Shown: positions 47,516 through 56,330, counted from the first letter of the stretch. The stretch is 64,000 nucleotides of DNA from a bacterium (GCA_963675755.2 CAXXMD010000002.1:768001-832000); one strand, 5' to 3'. Numbers and translations are program-made. Notes: generated by a model not told the origin, from the sequence alone.

Positions 47516-48001
47516 TTACTTTCGTAACCGGGATCGTGTATATTCAATTAATCCCCCTGCATCCATTACCATCTGACGTGTGCCGGACAGAGGCTGTATA
47601 TTAAATTCTTTACCAGTAGTCATGTTTAATACTTTATCACCAGAAATATCAAGTTCATGTCCATTTTCAGCATCAATATCTGGTACGGTTATGGTTTGTA
47701 ATCCTAAATTTACTGCATTTTGCAGAAAAATTCTGGCATAGCTTTTGGCAATTACAATCAAATCATGGCCTTTTAAACAGGATGCTGCCTGTTCTCGTGA
47801 TGAACCGCAACCAAAATTTTCTCCACCAACAATAATACTTTTAGCAGTTAACGTTCCACTGTTTAATAAAGTATTAAACGTTTTATCATCTGCAAAGGCA
47901 TATTCAGGAGTCTCTGTAGGTAATACTGTGGCCATAAATCTTCCGGGATATATAGTATCTGTTGATATATCATTGCCAAGTTTATAAACAACTTTGGACA
48001 T
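47516..48001 (-). CDS. homoaconitase/isopropylmalate isomerase small subunit (HacB/LysU-like)
   Basis: DISTDTIYPG, NFGCGSSREQA, AKSYARIF..NAVNLG, AGGL motifs. Confidence 0.88.
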   Translation of the reverse strand: MSKVVYKLGNDISTDTIYPGRFMATVLPTETPEYAFADDKTFNTLLNSGTLTAKSIIVGGENFGCGSSREQAASCLKGHDLIVIAKSYARIFLQNAVNLGLQTITVPDIDAENGHELDISGDKVLNMTTGKEFNIQPLSGTRQMVMDAGGLIEYTRSRLRK

Positions 48002-48002
48002 A

Positions 48003-49295
48003 TTAACTCCTTTCCTGACGTGGATCAGTTATTTTACCGGTTATTGCTGATGCGGCAGCCGTTGCAGGTGAACACAAGTACACTTCTGCATTGGGATTTC
48101 CCATTCTGCCTTTAAAGTTGCGATTTGTAGTTGCTAGAGCTACCTCTCCATCAGCAAGTGCTCCCTGATGCACTCCCAGGCAGCATCCACATCCCGGATT
48201 CATGATTACAGCGCCACTTTGTGCAAGCATTTCAAGATAACCTTCCTCCAATGCTTTTCGATATATCTTGCTGGATGCTGGAAAAACCAGCATTCTAACA
48301 TCATTGGCTACTTTTTTGCCCTTTAATATCTTTGCTGCTATTTCTAAATCCTCTAATCTGCCATTTGTACAAGAACCGATTACAATCTGGTCCAGCTTCA
48401 CATTATTAACATTACTAATAGGTTCAACATTATCAACAGTATGGGGACAGGCAATCTGAGGCTCAAGATTGGTTACATCTATATCCACAATCTGCTCGTA
48501 AACAGCATCCTGGTCCGGTGTAACAAAATTCAACTCCCCGGTCACACCCGCTTCCTCACGTAGATACCGTTCTGTTTCCTGATCGGCAGGTACAATACCT
48601 GCGCTGGCACCGGCTTCGACTGACATGTTTGAAATTGTTAATCTGCCTGATACATTCATATTTGAAATAACACTACCATGGTATTCTAAAACTTTGAATG
48701 TTGCACCTTTGGCAGTAATCTTGCCAATTAGATATAATATAATATCTTTGGCAGCTAATGTTTCAGGCATAACCCCATTAATATTGACTTTAATAGTGCC
48801 CGGGACTTCAAGATTCAATAATGTACCCAAACACCACACACTTGCCATTTCCGTTGCTCCAATTCCCATTGAAAAAGCACCTAATGCACCATGGCTGGTC
48901 GTATGCGAATCTGTACCCAAAACTACGTAACCGGGACGAACATAGCCATATTCGGGTAATATTTGATGGCAAATGCCACCTACATCACCCCGGATTTCAT
49001 GAAATTTAGAAACTCCCTGTTCTTTAAGAAAATTTCTAATTTTCTTTTGGTTATTTGCAGTCTTGGAACTTTCTGCGGGCACACGGTGGTCAAATATAAT
49101 TGCAATTTTATCAGGGTCCCAAACTTTTGGAGACAAATCTGTTCCTTTATAAACTTCAAAGAATTGGTTAATAACCAAAGCAGCATTTTCATGAGACATG
49201 GCAAGATCAACAGAAGGCTCAATGATATCACCGGGTTTTACACTTGAAACATTTGCTGCTCTGGCAAGTATTTTTTCTGCAACAGTCATTGCCAT
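48003..49295 (-). CDS. homoaconitase/isopropylmalate isomerase large subunit (HacA/LysT-like)
   Basis: EKILARA, FDH, GICHQ, GTDSHT, GSCTNGR, PGCGCC, TTNRNFKGRMG, SPATAAASA motifs. Confidence 0.9.
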   Translation of the reverse strand: MAMTVAEKILARAANVSSVKPGDIIEPSVDLAMSHENAALVINQFFEVYKGTDLSPKVWDPDKIAIIFDHRVPAESSKTANNQKKIRNFLKEQGVSKFHEIRGDVGGICHQILPEYGYVRPGYVVLGTDSHTTSHGALGAFSMGIGATEMASVWCLGTLLNLEVPGTIKVNINGVMPETLAAKDIILYLIGKITAKGATFKVLEYHGSVISNMNVSGRLTISNMSVEAGASAGIVPADQETERYLREEAGVTGELNFVTPDQDAVYEQIVDIDVTNLEPQIACPHTVDNVEPISNVNNVKLDQIVIGSCTNGRLEDLEIAAKILKGKKVANDVRMLVFPASSKIYRKALEEGYLEMLAQSGAVIMNPGCGCCLGVHQGALADGEVALATTNRNFKGRMGNPNAEVYLCSPATAAASAITGKITDPRQERS

Positions 49296-49308
49296 TGTTT
49301 TTCTCCAA

Positions 49309-50502
49309 TTAAATTATACCTTCTTTATGGAAATTATCAATTTCCTCTCTTGAATACCCCACTTGGCTGAGAAGTTCATGAGTATGTTGGGATAATCTTG
49401 GAGGCGGATTGTCGATATTTGCCGGCGTTTTACTAAATTTAGCTGTGAGATTGAACAGCTTTAACTCACCCAATTCATCATCTGGTACTGATGCTAATGT
49501 TTGACGATGCTGGACTTGATCTGCTGACAATGCATCTTTCAAGGCTAATATATCCCCCGATGGTACTCCTTGAGCATTTAAAAGATCAACCCATTCAACA
49601 GTATCTTTATCAATCAATTTAGCTTCAAGCAATGGAGTAAGAATTCTTCGATTCTTTTTTCTTGTATCTCGCTCCTTAAATCGTGGATCCTCCTGTAATT
49701 CGGGGATTCCCAGAACCTCTGTTACACTGCACCATTGTTCCTGTTTATTTGCGGCAATATTAATATATCCGTCTCTGGTTTTAAATGTTCCTGAAGGTGC
49801 AGCTGTAAAATTATCATTCCCCAACAAGGTAGGAGCTTGACCTCCAATCAACAGATTTGCCGCAACCCATCCCATTAATGGCATTATTGAATCCAGCAAA
49901 GCAATGTCAATAAATTGTCCTTCGCCTGTTCTTTCCCGGTAATACAGGGCAGCCATAATAGCAAAAGCAGCATTCAAACCACCAACGGTATCACATACCG
50001 GGAAACCACATCGCAAAGGATTCAGAGTTTCATCACCATTTACAGACATAACTCCGCTTAGACCCTGAATGATTTGGTCATATGCCGGTTTTAATGCATC
50101 AGGACCGGTTTGTCCGAAACCTGAAATAGCGCAATACACAATTTTAGGATTAATAGATTGAAGTGTATCATAATCAAGACCCAACCGCTTCATAACACCG
50201 GGTCTGAAATTTTCAACAACAACATCTGCTGTTTTTACGAGTTTTTTGAATATCTGTTTGGCATTATCATCCTTAAGATTCAGCGTTAAAGATTTTTTAT
50301 TAGCATTTTGAGCCAAAAAACTGGTGCCCATAAGCTTCTTGTTCAATTCAGGCATACATCCCAATTTCCTGGCCAAATCACCATCTTGAGGGTTTTCAAT
50401 CTTGATAACTTCTGCTCCCAATAATGCCAGGTGTAATGTACCAAACGGGCCAGACAAAACGTTTGTCAAGTCCAATACCCTTGTACCTTTTAATAGACTC
50501 AT
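49309..50502 (-). CDS. family III (CaiB/BaiF) CoA-transferase
   Basis: RVLDLT..LSGP, GAEVIKIE, NANKKS, ENFRPG, SGFGQTGP, AYD; catalytic Asp in VCDTVGG. Confidence 0.92.
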   Translation of the reverse strand: MSLLKGTRVLDLTNVLSGPFGTLHLALLGAEVIKIENPQDGDLARKLGCMPELNKKLMGTSFLAQNANKKSLTLNLKDDNAKQIFKKLVKTADVVVENFRPGVMKRLGLDYDTLQSINPKIVYCAISGFGQTGPDALKPAYDQIIQGLSGVMSVNGDETLNPLRCGFPVCDTVGGLNAAFAIMAALYYRERTGEGQFIDIALLDSIMPLMGWVAANLLIGGQAPTLLGNDNFTAAPSGTFKTRDGYINIAANKQEQWCSVTEVLGIPELQEDPRFKERDTRKKNRRILTPLLEAKLIDKDTVEWVDLLNAQGVPSGDILALKDALSADQVQHRQTLASVPDDELGELKLFNLTAKFSKTPANIDNPPPRLSQHTHELLSQVGYSREEIDNFHKEGII

Positions 50503-50505
50503 GCT

Positions 50506-51426
50506 TTAATGTTCTCCTTTAAGCACTTCAGGAAACCCTGTTTTATACAATCTACCAGACAAATCTCGTTCAAGTGTTTCAGCAATACCATTTACAAACG
50601 TTACCAACTTTTCAATATCCGGAAGATCACTTTTTCCCATTCGTTTGAACAGATACACCAGATCCTCGGTACAGACATTTCCCGAACTTGTCTTTGTAAA
50701 AGGACAACCACCAAGTCCGCCAAACGCGGTTTCAAAATGCCTTACACCAGATTGAAAAGCAGCATAACAATTTGCTATTCCAGCTCCAAATGTATCGTGA
50801 AAATGGCAGGCACCTTCAATAGCGGAATCTAGTTCATATATTGACGTATAATAATCCTGTACCTGGTCAGGATGTGCATAGCCAGCTGTATCAGCAAGAC
50901 TGATGAAACGAAAACCGGAATCGAGATATGTTTTTACAATATTCATAACCGATTCTTTGGCAATTTTACCCTCAAATCCGCATCCAAAAGCTGATTGAAC
51001 AGATAACTGGACTTTTATACCGTGCTGTTGTGCTTGTTTTGCCATTGCAATAATACGCTTTAAAGCTTCATTGGTATCCATCCCTGTATTTTTCTGACTG
51101 TGTGTTTGACTCGCGGATACACCCATACAAAACAGTTCAACGCCACAAGCTAAACCTCTGTCAAGTCCCCGTTCATTCAAAACCAGACCACTAAAAACGA
51201 TATCCTGAGAATTTAAATCAGAATTATGGACCAATTTGAACAATTCATCAGTATTAGCCATTTGAGGTACTTTGACAGGGTGCACAAACGAACCTAGTTG
51301 TATGGTTTTGATACCGGCTTTAACTAATTTTTTGACCCACATCAATTTTGTCTCAGTTGGCATTGTTTTTTGTTCAATTTGAAGTCCATCACGAAGACCT
51401 ACTTCATGTATAATCACACTTTGCAT
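50506..51426 (-). CDS. HMG-CoA lyase family 3-hydroxyacyl-CoA lyase
   Basis: EVGLRDGLQ, SFVHP..VPQMA, LADTAG, HFHDT, GGLGGCPF, GNVCTED; no regulatory domain. Confidence 0.88.
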   Translation of the reverse strand: MQSVIIHEVGLRDGLQIEQKTMPTETKLMWVKKLVKAGIKTIQLGSFVHPVKVPQMANTDELFKLVHNSDLNSQDIVFSGLVLNERGLDRGLACGVELFCMGVSASQTHSQKNTGMDTNEALKRIIAMAKQAQQHGIKVQLSVQSAFGCGFEGKIAKESVMNIVKTYLDSGFRFISLADTAGYAHPDQVQDYYTSIYELDSAIEGACHFHDTFGAGIANCYAAFQSGVRHFETAFGGLGGCPFTKTSSGNVCTEDLVYLFKRMGKSDLPDIEKLVTFVNGIAETLERDLSGRLYKTGFPEVLKGEH

Positions 51427-52532
51427 GCAATTGCCTCTGCCATTTCAGTTGTTGAACTGTTTCCACCCATATCATATGTTCTCACTTTACCTTCTCGAAT
51501 GACATCTGCTACAGCTTTTTCAAGTTTATCTGCCTTTTCCGTTTCACCAAGGTAATCCAGCATTAATTTAGCTGCTAATAACATTGCAATAGGATTCACC
51601 TTGTCCATGCCTGCATATTTGGGTGCGCTACCATGAGTTGGCTCAAAAACAGCATAATTATCACCGATATTGCCACTTGAAGCGAATCCCAATCCACCAA
51701 CCAGTTGCGCTGCAAGATCCGATATAATATCGCCAAACATATTTTCAGCGACCAGCACACCATAGTTTTCAGGATTTTTCACAAGCCACATACACATAGC
51801 ATCGATATTGGTTTCCCACAATTCAATATCCGGATAGTTTTTGGCAACCTCACGAGCACAACGCGTCATTAAACCACCCGTTTCACGCAATACATTGGGT
51901 TTTTCAACCAATGTAACTGTTTTATAACCAAATTTTTGGGCATATTTAAAAGCCTCATTCACAATATTAGTACATCCTTCTTTGGTTACAATACGTGTGG
52001 AAACTGCAATCTCATCGAGTGGAACATTTTCAAACTTTTTCATCTTGGCATTGTTTTGCAAAAGTGTATTGAAAACCTGTTCTGGAAGTGGATGAAACTC
52101 TACACCGGCATAAAGACCTTGTGTGTTTTCACGGAAAACAACCAGGTCAATCCCCTCTTTGTGATTCAATGGATTACCATTATATGCTTTACAGGGACGT
52201 AAATTGGTTCTTAAATTGAACATTTGACGTAATTTCACGATTGGTGAAAAATAATCAAGACCTTTGGATTGTAAATGTAGTGCAAGTTCTTTTGCAGCTT
52301 CGTCTTTAGGTTTTGAAGTTATTGCTCCAAATAGAGCTGCATCTGTTTGTTTTAATATATCTATTGTGCGGTCAGGCAATGGATTTCCTTCGGTTTTCCA
52401 AAATTCCCAACCTATATCACCATGGATGTATTCCGCATCAAGCTCAAGCTTGTTCAGGACGAGTTTGGTCGCATTCATCACATCAATACCAACTCCATCT
52501 CCTGGCAGCCATGCAATTTTATATTTAGCCAT
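51414..52532 (-). CDS. beta-decarboxylating dehydrogenase, homoisocitrate-dehydrogenase-like
   Basis: PGDGVG, LFGAITS, YFSPIVKLR, NLRP, RENT, KPNV, NMFGDIISD, EPTHGSAP motifs. Confidence 0.85.
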   Translation of the reverse strand: MAKYKIAWLPGDGVGIDVMNATKLVLNKLELDAEYIHGDIGWEFWKTEGNPLPDRTIDILKQTDAALFGAITSKPKDEAAKELALHLQSKGLDYFSPIVKLRQMFNLRTNLRPCKAYNGNPLNHKEGIDLVVFRENTQGLYAGVEFHPLPEQVFNTLLQNNAKMKKFENVPLDEIAVSTRIVTKEGCTNIVNEAFKYAQKFGYKTVTLVEKPNVLRETGGLMTRCAREVAKNYPDIELWETNIDAMCMWLVKNPENYGVLVAENMFGDIISDLAAQLVGGLGFASSGNIGDNYAVFEPTHGSAPKYAGMDKVNPIAMLLAAKLMLDYLGETEKADKLEKAVADVIREGKVRTYDMGGNSSTTEMAEAIACKV

Positions 52533-52552
52533 TTGATTTTCCTTAATTTCTG

Positions 52553-53884
52553 TTACATTTCGTCAAAGACCTGTTTTAATATGTCCAAACAGCAGTCAAT
52601 GTGATCTTTTTCAACAACCAATGCTGGTGCAAATCGAATGGAATTGGGTCCACAACCCAAAATGATAAGTCCTTTATAAAAAGCTTTATCTAGTATTTCA
52701 TTTCGTTTTTGGGCATCTGGTTCAAATGATTCGGTATCCTTAATGATCTCAATACCAACCATTAATCCTTTTCCTCTGACATCACCTATAAATGGATATT
52801 CAGCAGCCATTTCATCGAGTCGGGATATGAGATATTCACCCATTTGGGCTGCATTTTCAATTAATTCAGCTTCAAGTAATTCTATAGTCTTTAATGCAGC
52901 CGCACAGGATACGGGATTACCACCAAAAGTTGAAGCATGTGATCCATATGGCCAATTCATAACATCACTTTTTGCAATAATAGCTCCCAGGGGCATGCCG
53001 GAAGCAATTCCTTTGGCAACACAGATAATATCTGGTTCTAAACCATAATGTTCGCTGGCAAAAAACTTGCCTGTTCGTCCCATACCGGCCTGAATTTCAT
53101 CGGCTACAATGAGAAAACCATGTTTTTCAGACAGTTTTTTCAAGCTATCCACATATTCTTTAGGCGGGACAATATATCCACCTTCACCCTGAATAGGTTC
53201 AAAAAATACAGCAGCAACTTCTTCTGGTGGGACCGTTTTTTCAAAAATTGTATTTTCAAGATATTTAACACATTCAAAATGACAGGAACCGTACTTTTGT
53301 CCAAATATACAACGGTAACAATAGGGATAAGGAATATGAGTTACATCTGGCAGCAAGGGAGAAAATCCGGCTTTTTGTACAACTTTACTTCCGGTAAGTG
53401 ACAATGCACCATAAGTACGACCATGAAATGCACCCGTATAAGCCAACAAACGTGTGCGTTTTGTATTATAACGTGCAAGCTTAATAGCAGCTTCAACCGC
53501 TTCTGCACCGGAATTTGTAAAAAACACGCGTTTCCCTGAATTTCCGGGGGCGTTTTCAACCAGCTTTTTAGCCAATTCGGATTGAACTGTATAATAAAAA
53601 TCAGTTCCTGACATATGTAACAGGTTATCTGCCTGATCTTTGATAGCTTGAACGACTTGAGGATGACAATGCCCTGTTGAACAAACAGCAATACCACTGC
53701 AAAAATCGAGAAACTCGTTACCATCTATATCTTCTAAAATTACACCCCTACCCTTTTCAGCAACACAGGGAAAATCACGAGTATAAGAAGGAGAAACATA
53801 TTGATTATCAGTTTCAATAACTTTTTGAGCTTTGGGGCCCGGTAAATCTGTCTTGATATTTGGATATGGATATGGATTGGTCAT
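52553..53884 (-). CDS. class III PLP omega-aminotransferase (ornithine/lysine terminal aminotransferase-like)
   Basis: Start MTNP at 53884; LPGPKA, NSGAEAVEAA, FHGRT, EPIQGEGG, DEIQAGMGRTG, AKG, STFGGNP motifs. Confidence 0.88.
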   Translation of the reverse strand: MTNPYPYPNIKTDLPGPKAQKVIETDNQYVSPSYTRDFPCVAEKGRGVILEDIDGNEFLDFCSGIAVCSTGHCHPQVVQAIKDQADNLLHMSGTDFYYTVQSELAKKLVENAPGNSGKRVFFTNSGAEAVEAAIKLARYNTKRTRLLAYTGAFHGRTYGALSLTGSKVVQKAGFSPLLPDVTHIPYPYCYRCIFGQKYGSCHFECVKYLENTIFEKTVPPEEVAAVFFEPIQGEGGYIVPPKEYVDSLKKLSEKHGFLIVADEIQAGMGRTGKFFASEHYGLEPDIICVAKGIASGMPLGAIIAKSDVMNWPYGSHASTFGGNPVSCAAALKTIELLEAELIENAAQMGEYLISRLDEMAAEYPFIGDVRGKGLMVGIEIIKDTESFEPDAQKRNEILDKAFYKGLIILGCGPNSIRFAPALVVEKDHIDCCLDILKQVFDEM

Positions 53885-53897
53885 AGCAATGCCTTTC

Positions 53898-55442
53898 TCA
53901 ATCAAATTGAATACCCTGCGCAAGAACCGTCTCTTGGCTCCAGTTAATTGTGTTTGTTTGTCTCCGCATATAGCCTTTCCAGGCATCTGATCCGCTCTCA
54001 CGACCACCACCCGTCTCTTTTTCTCCACCAAAAGCGAGTCCAATTTCAGCACCACTTGTTCCCAGGTTTACATTGGCTATTCCACAATCAGAACCGGCAT
54101 AACTAAGGAATGTCTCTGACTCTATCAGATCGTTGGTAAAGATCGATGAACTAAGCCCCTGTGGAACATCATTTTGAATTTCTATTGCATTTTCTATAGT
54201 TCCATCATATTTCAATAGATATAAAATGGGTGCAAATGTTTCTTCCTGAACAATATCCATTGAATTTTCAACCTCAGCAATAGCTGGTTTTACATAACAC
54301 CCACCCGGATATTCACTCTCATTCAAGAGCTCTCCACCATAAATAAGCGTACCGCCCTGTTCACGAATCTGTTGAATTGCTTTTTGCATTGTTTCAACAG
54401 CGGTGGTATCTACCAATGGTCCCATGAGAATATTTTCATCCATAGGATTTCCAATGGTTATACGACTATAATAATCCAACAATAGTGTTTTAAATTTTTC
54501 ATATATGGATTCAGCAACAATAACCCTTCTGGTAGATGTACACCGTTGGCCGGCAGTTCCAACAGCTCCAAATAATACATTTTTAGCTGCAAGTTCCAGA
54601 TCTGCCTTGGGAGTTACTATTATTGCGTTATTACCACCCAATTCAAGTATTGTCTTACCCAGGCGCTCACCAACTGTTTTGGATATATGCTTTCCGAGAC
54701 GAGTAGATCCGGTATAGCTTACTAGATTTACACGTTTATCATAATTTAACAGATCACCAATCTCTGACCCTTTACCTGTTATCAGTGTTGCAATACCTTT
54801 GGGGGCATCATTAGCCTCAAGTACTGCTTCAAGTATTTTTTGACATGCTATGGCAGTCAAGGGGACAGGAGATGCGGGTTTCCATACACATACATCGCCA
54901 CAAACAAGTGCTATGGAAAGATTCCAGCTCCATACAGCAACAGGGAAATTAAAAGCGGAAATGATACCTACAACACCAAGTGGATGCCATTGCTCATACA
55001 TACGATGTTTGGGTCGTTCACTGTGAGTTTGTACTCCATACAGCATTCGTGACTGACCACAGGCATAATCACAAATATCAATCATTTCCTGGACTTCTCC
55101 CCAGCCCTCTTGAATGGATTTACCCATTTCCAGAGTTACCAGTTTGCCTAGTGCGTCTTTTTTCTCACGAAGCGCAACACCCAATTGTCTGACAATTTCT
55201 CCTCTTTTAGGAGCTGGTACTTGTTTCCATTGAGCAAAAGATTGTTGTGCGGAGCGGATAACAATATCATAATCTTCTTTACTTGCTTGTTTTACTTGAG
55301 CAATTCGTTCACCAGTTATGGGTGACAAAACATCAACAACAGTACCGCTTCCAAACCATTTTTCTCCATCAAAAACACCGTCATTAACATCTTTTAAATC
55401 CAGAGCTTTTAATACTTCGGTAATTTCATCCCGGATTTTCAT
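53898..55442 (-). CDS. ALDH7/antiquitin-type alpha-aminoadipate-semialdehyde (piperideine-6-carboxylate) dehydrogenase
   Basis: PAPKRGEIVRQ, GEVQEMIDICD, SERP.HRM.EQWHPLG..GIISAFNFPVAVW.WN, LELGGNNA, GTAGQRCT, GGGRESGSDAWK.YMRRQT: ALDH7 signature. Confidence 0.9.
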   Translation of the reverse strand: MKIRDEITEVLKALDLKDVNDGVFDGEKWFGSGTVVDVLSPITGERIAQVKQASKEDYDIVIRSAQQSFAQWKQVPAPKRGEIVRQLGVALREKKDALGKLVTLEMGKSIQEGWGEVQEMIDICDYACGQSRMLYGVQTHSERPKHRMYEQWHPLGVVGIISAFNFPVAVWSWNLSIALVCGDVCVWKPASPVPLTAIACQKILEAVLEANDAPKGIATLITGKGSEIGDLLNYDKRVNLVSYTGSTRLGKHISKTVGERLGKTILELGGNNAIIVTPKADLELAAKNVLFGAVGTAGQRCTSTRRVIVAESIYEKFKTLLLDYYSRITIGNPMDENILMGPLVDTTAVETMQKAIQQIREQGGTLIYGGELLNESEYPGGCYVKPAIAEVENSMDIVQEETFAPILYLLKYDGTIENAIEIQNDVPQGLSSSIFTNDLIESETFLSYAGSDCGIANVNLGTSGAEIGLAFGGEKETGGGRESGSDAWKGYMRRQTNTINWSQETVLAQGIQFD

Positions 55443-55452
55443 ACCAACTCCT

Positions 55453-56241
55453 TTATTTTTGATAAATATTTCTCAGAATATGGAAATCATTACCAAAAAT
55501 TGATTTTGCCTGCTCTTCCAGGCGATTTATCAATTTCCAGCTATAAATATCATGTTTGATAAAATCTTTTGCCACACCTACCAGACTTTCATTTGCTGTT
55601 AGTACGCCAATATTGCTTTTTTGATCAGAAATAATGCCCTGTAACAAATAAGAATTATCTACAACCAGTGTAAATTCACGTCCCCCTTTTTCTTTTATCT
55701 TTTCTTCTTCCAAAAGATGATGATAAACCGTTCCAAAATCTAACTCAAGGTTTCCATACTGTACAATCGCAATATTTTTATCCTGCTTTTCTTTTAGCTT
55801 TTCCTGTAAAAGAATCAATTCTTCTTCCCAGCAGAATAAAAGAATCTCATTTTGACAATTTAGTATCAATTCATTGGCTTTATTAATTAAATCTTCCCGA
55901 GAATTAATATCCCAAATATAGTGTGAAGAAATTCCCTTAGCTTCAGGTAGATGCTTTTTCAAAAGATTGATTGATGCAGTAGTATCGTCCTGAAATCGTT
56001 TTAATAATATTTCAATATCTATAGGAATATATTTAACAGGATCTGTTTGTATTGGAGAAATGACAGATTTTTCCAACAGCTTGTTGATTACTTCATAAAC
56101 TTTTGATGGTGGGATCCCGGAACGCTTGGCTAATTCATATCCCGTAATAGGATTTTTTTTAACCAGTGCAACATATGCTTTTGATTCATACTGTGAAAAT
56201 CCAAATCTTGCTAGATTTTCCATAATAATTGATATTGGCAA
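55453..56241 (-). CDS. TrmB-family transcriptional regulator
   Basis: GFSQYESKAY, GYELAKRSGIPPSKVYEV..KL wHTH plus C-terminal effector domain; TTG start 6 nt after AAGGAG. Confidence 0.88.
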   Translation of the reverse strand: MPISIIMENLARFGFSQYESKAYVALVKKNPITGYELAKRSGIPPSKVYEVINKLLEKSVISPIQTDPVKYIPIDIEILLKRFQDDTTASINLLKKHLPEAKGISSHYIWDINSREDLINKANELILNCQNEILLFCWEEELILLQEKLKEKQDKNIAIVQYGNLELDFGTVYHHLLEEEKIKEKGGREFTLVVDNSYLLQGIISDQKSNIGVLTANESLVGVAKDFIKHDIYSWKLINRLEEQAKSIFGNDFHILRNIYQK

Positions 56242-56255
56242 TTCGAACTCCTTAT

Positions 56256-56273
56256 TAACTACCGTTGTAGTTA
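56256..56273. promoter_or_regulatory. putative TrmB operator
   Basis: Inverted repeat TAACTAC-N4-GTAGTTA between the -10 element and the RBS. Confidence 0.7.
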
Positions 56274-56301
56274 TTATATTAAAAGTTCATAGAATTGTCA
56301 A
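56273..56301 (-). promoter_or_regulatory. consensus sigma70 promoter of the TrmB operon
   Basis: Minus-strand TTGACA (56301-56296), N17, TATAAT (56278-56273). Confidence 0.85.
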
Positions 56302-56330
56302 GAAAAATTTATTGTATTTTTAAAATAGAT

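Noticed and set aside
47516-52532. Leucine biosynthesis operon (leuBCD)
   Set aside because: No leuA or ilv genes; motifs are closer to homoaconitase and HICDH; the context is ALDH7, an omega-aminotransferase, a CoA-transferase and a lyase.
53885-54055. ORF-track N-terminal extension of the aminotransferase
   Set aside because: It overlaps the ALDH 3' end; the ATG at 53884 has an RBS and matches the family N-terminus. Similar over-extensions were trimmed at 9449, 14542, 19025, 24323, 35501 and 47200.
47516-55442. Standard alpha-aminoadipate lysine biosynthesis
   Set aside because: No homocitrate synthase, LysW/X/Z/Y/K or Lys2-type reductase in the operon, and ALDH7 cannot plausibly reduce free aminoadipate without ATP activation. 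Disfavoured, though not formally excluded.
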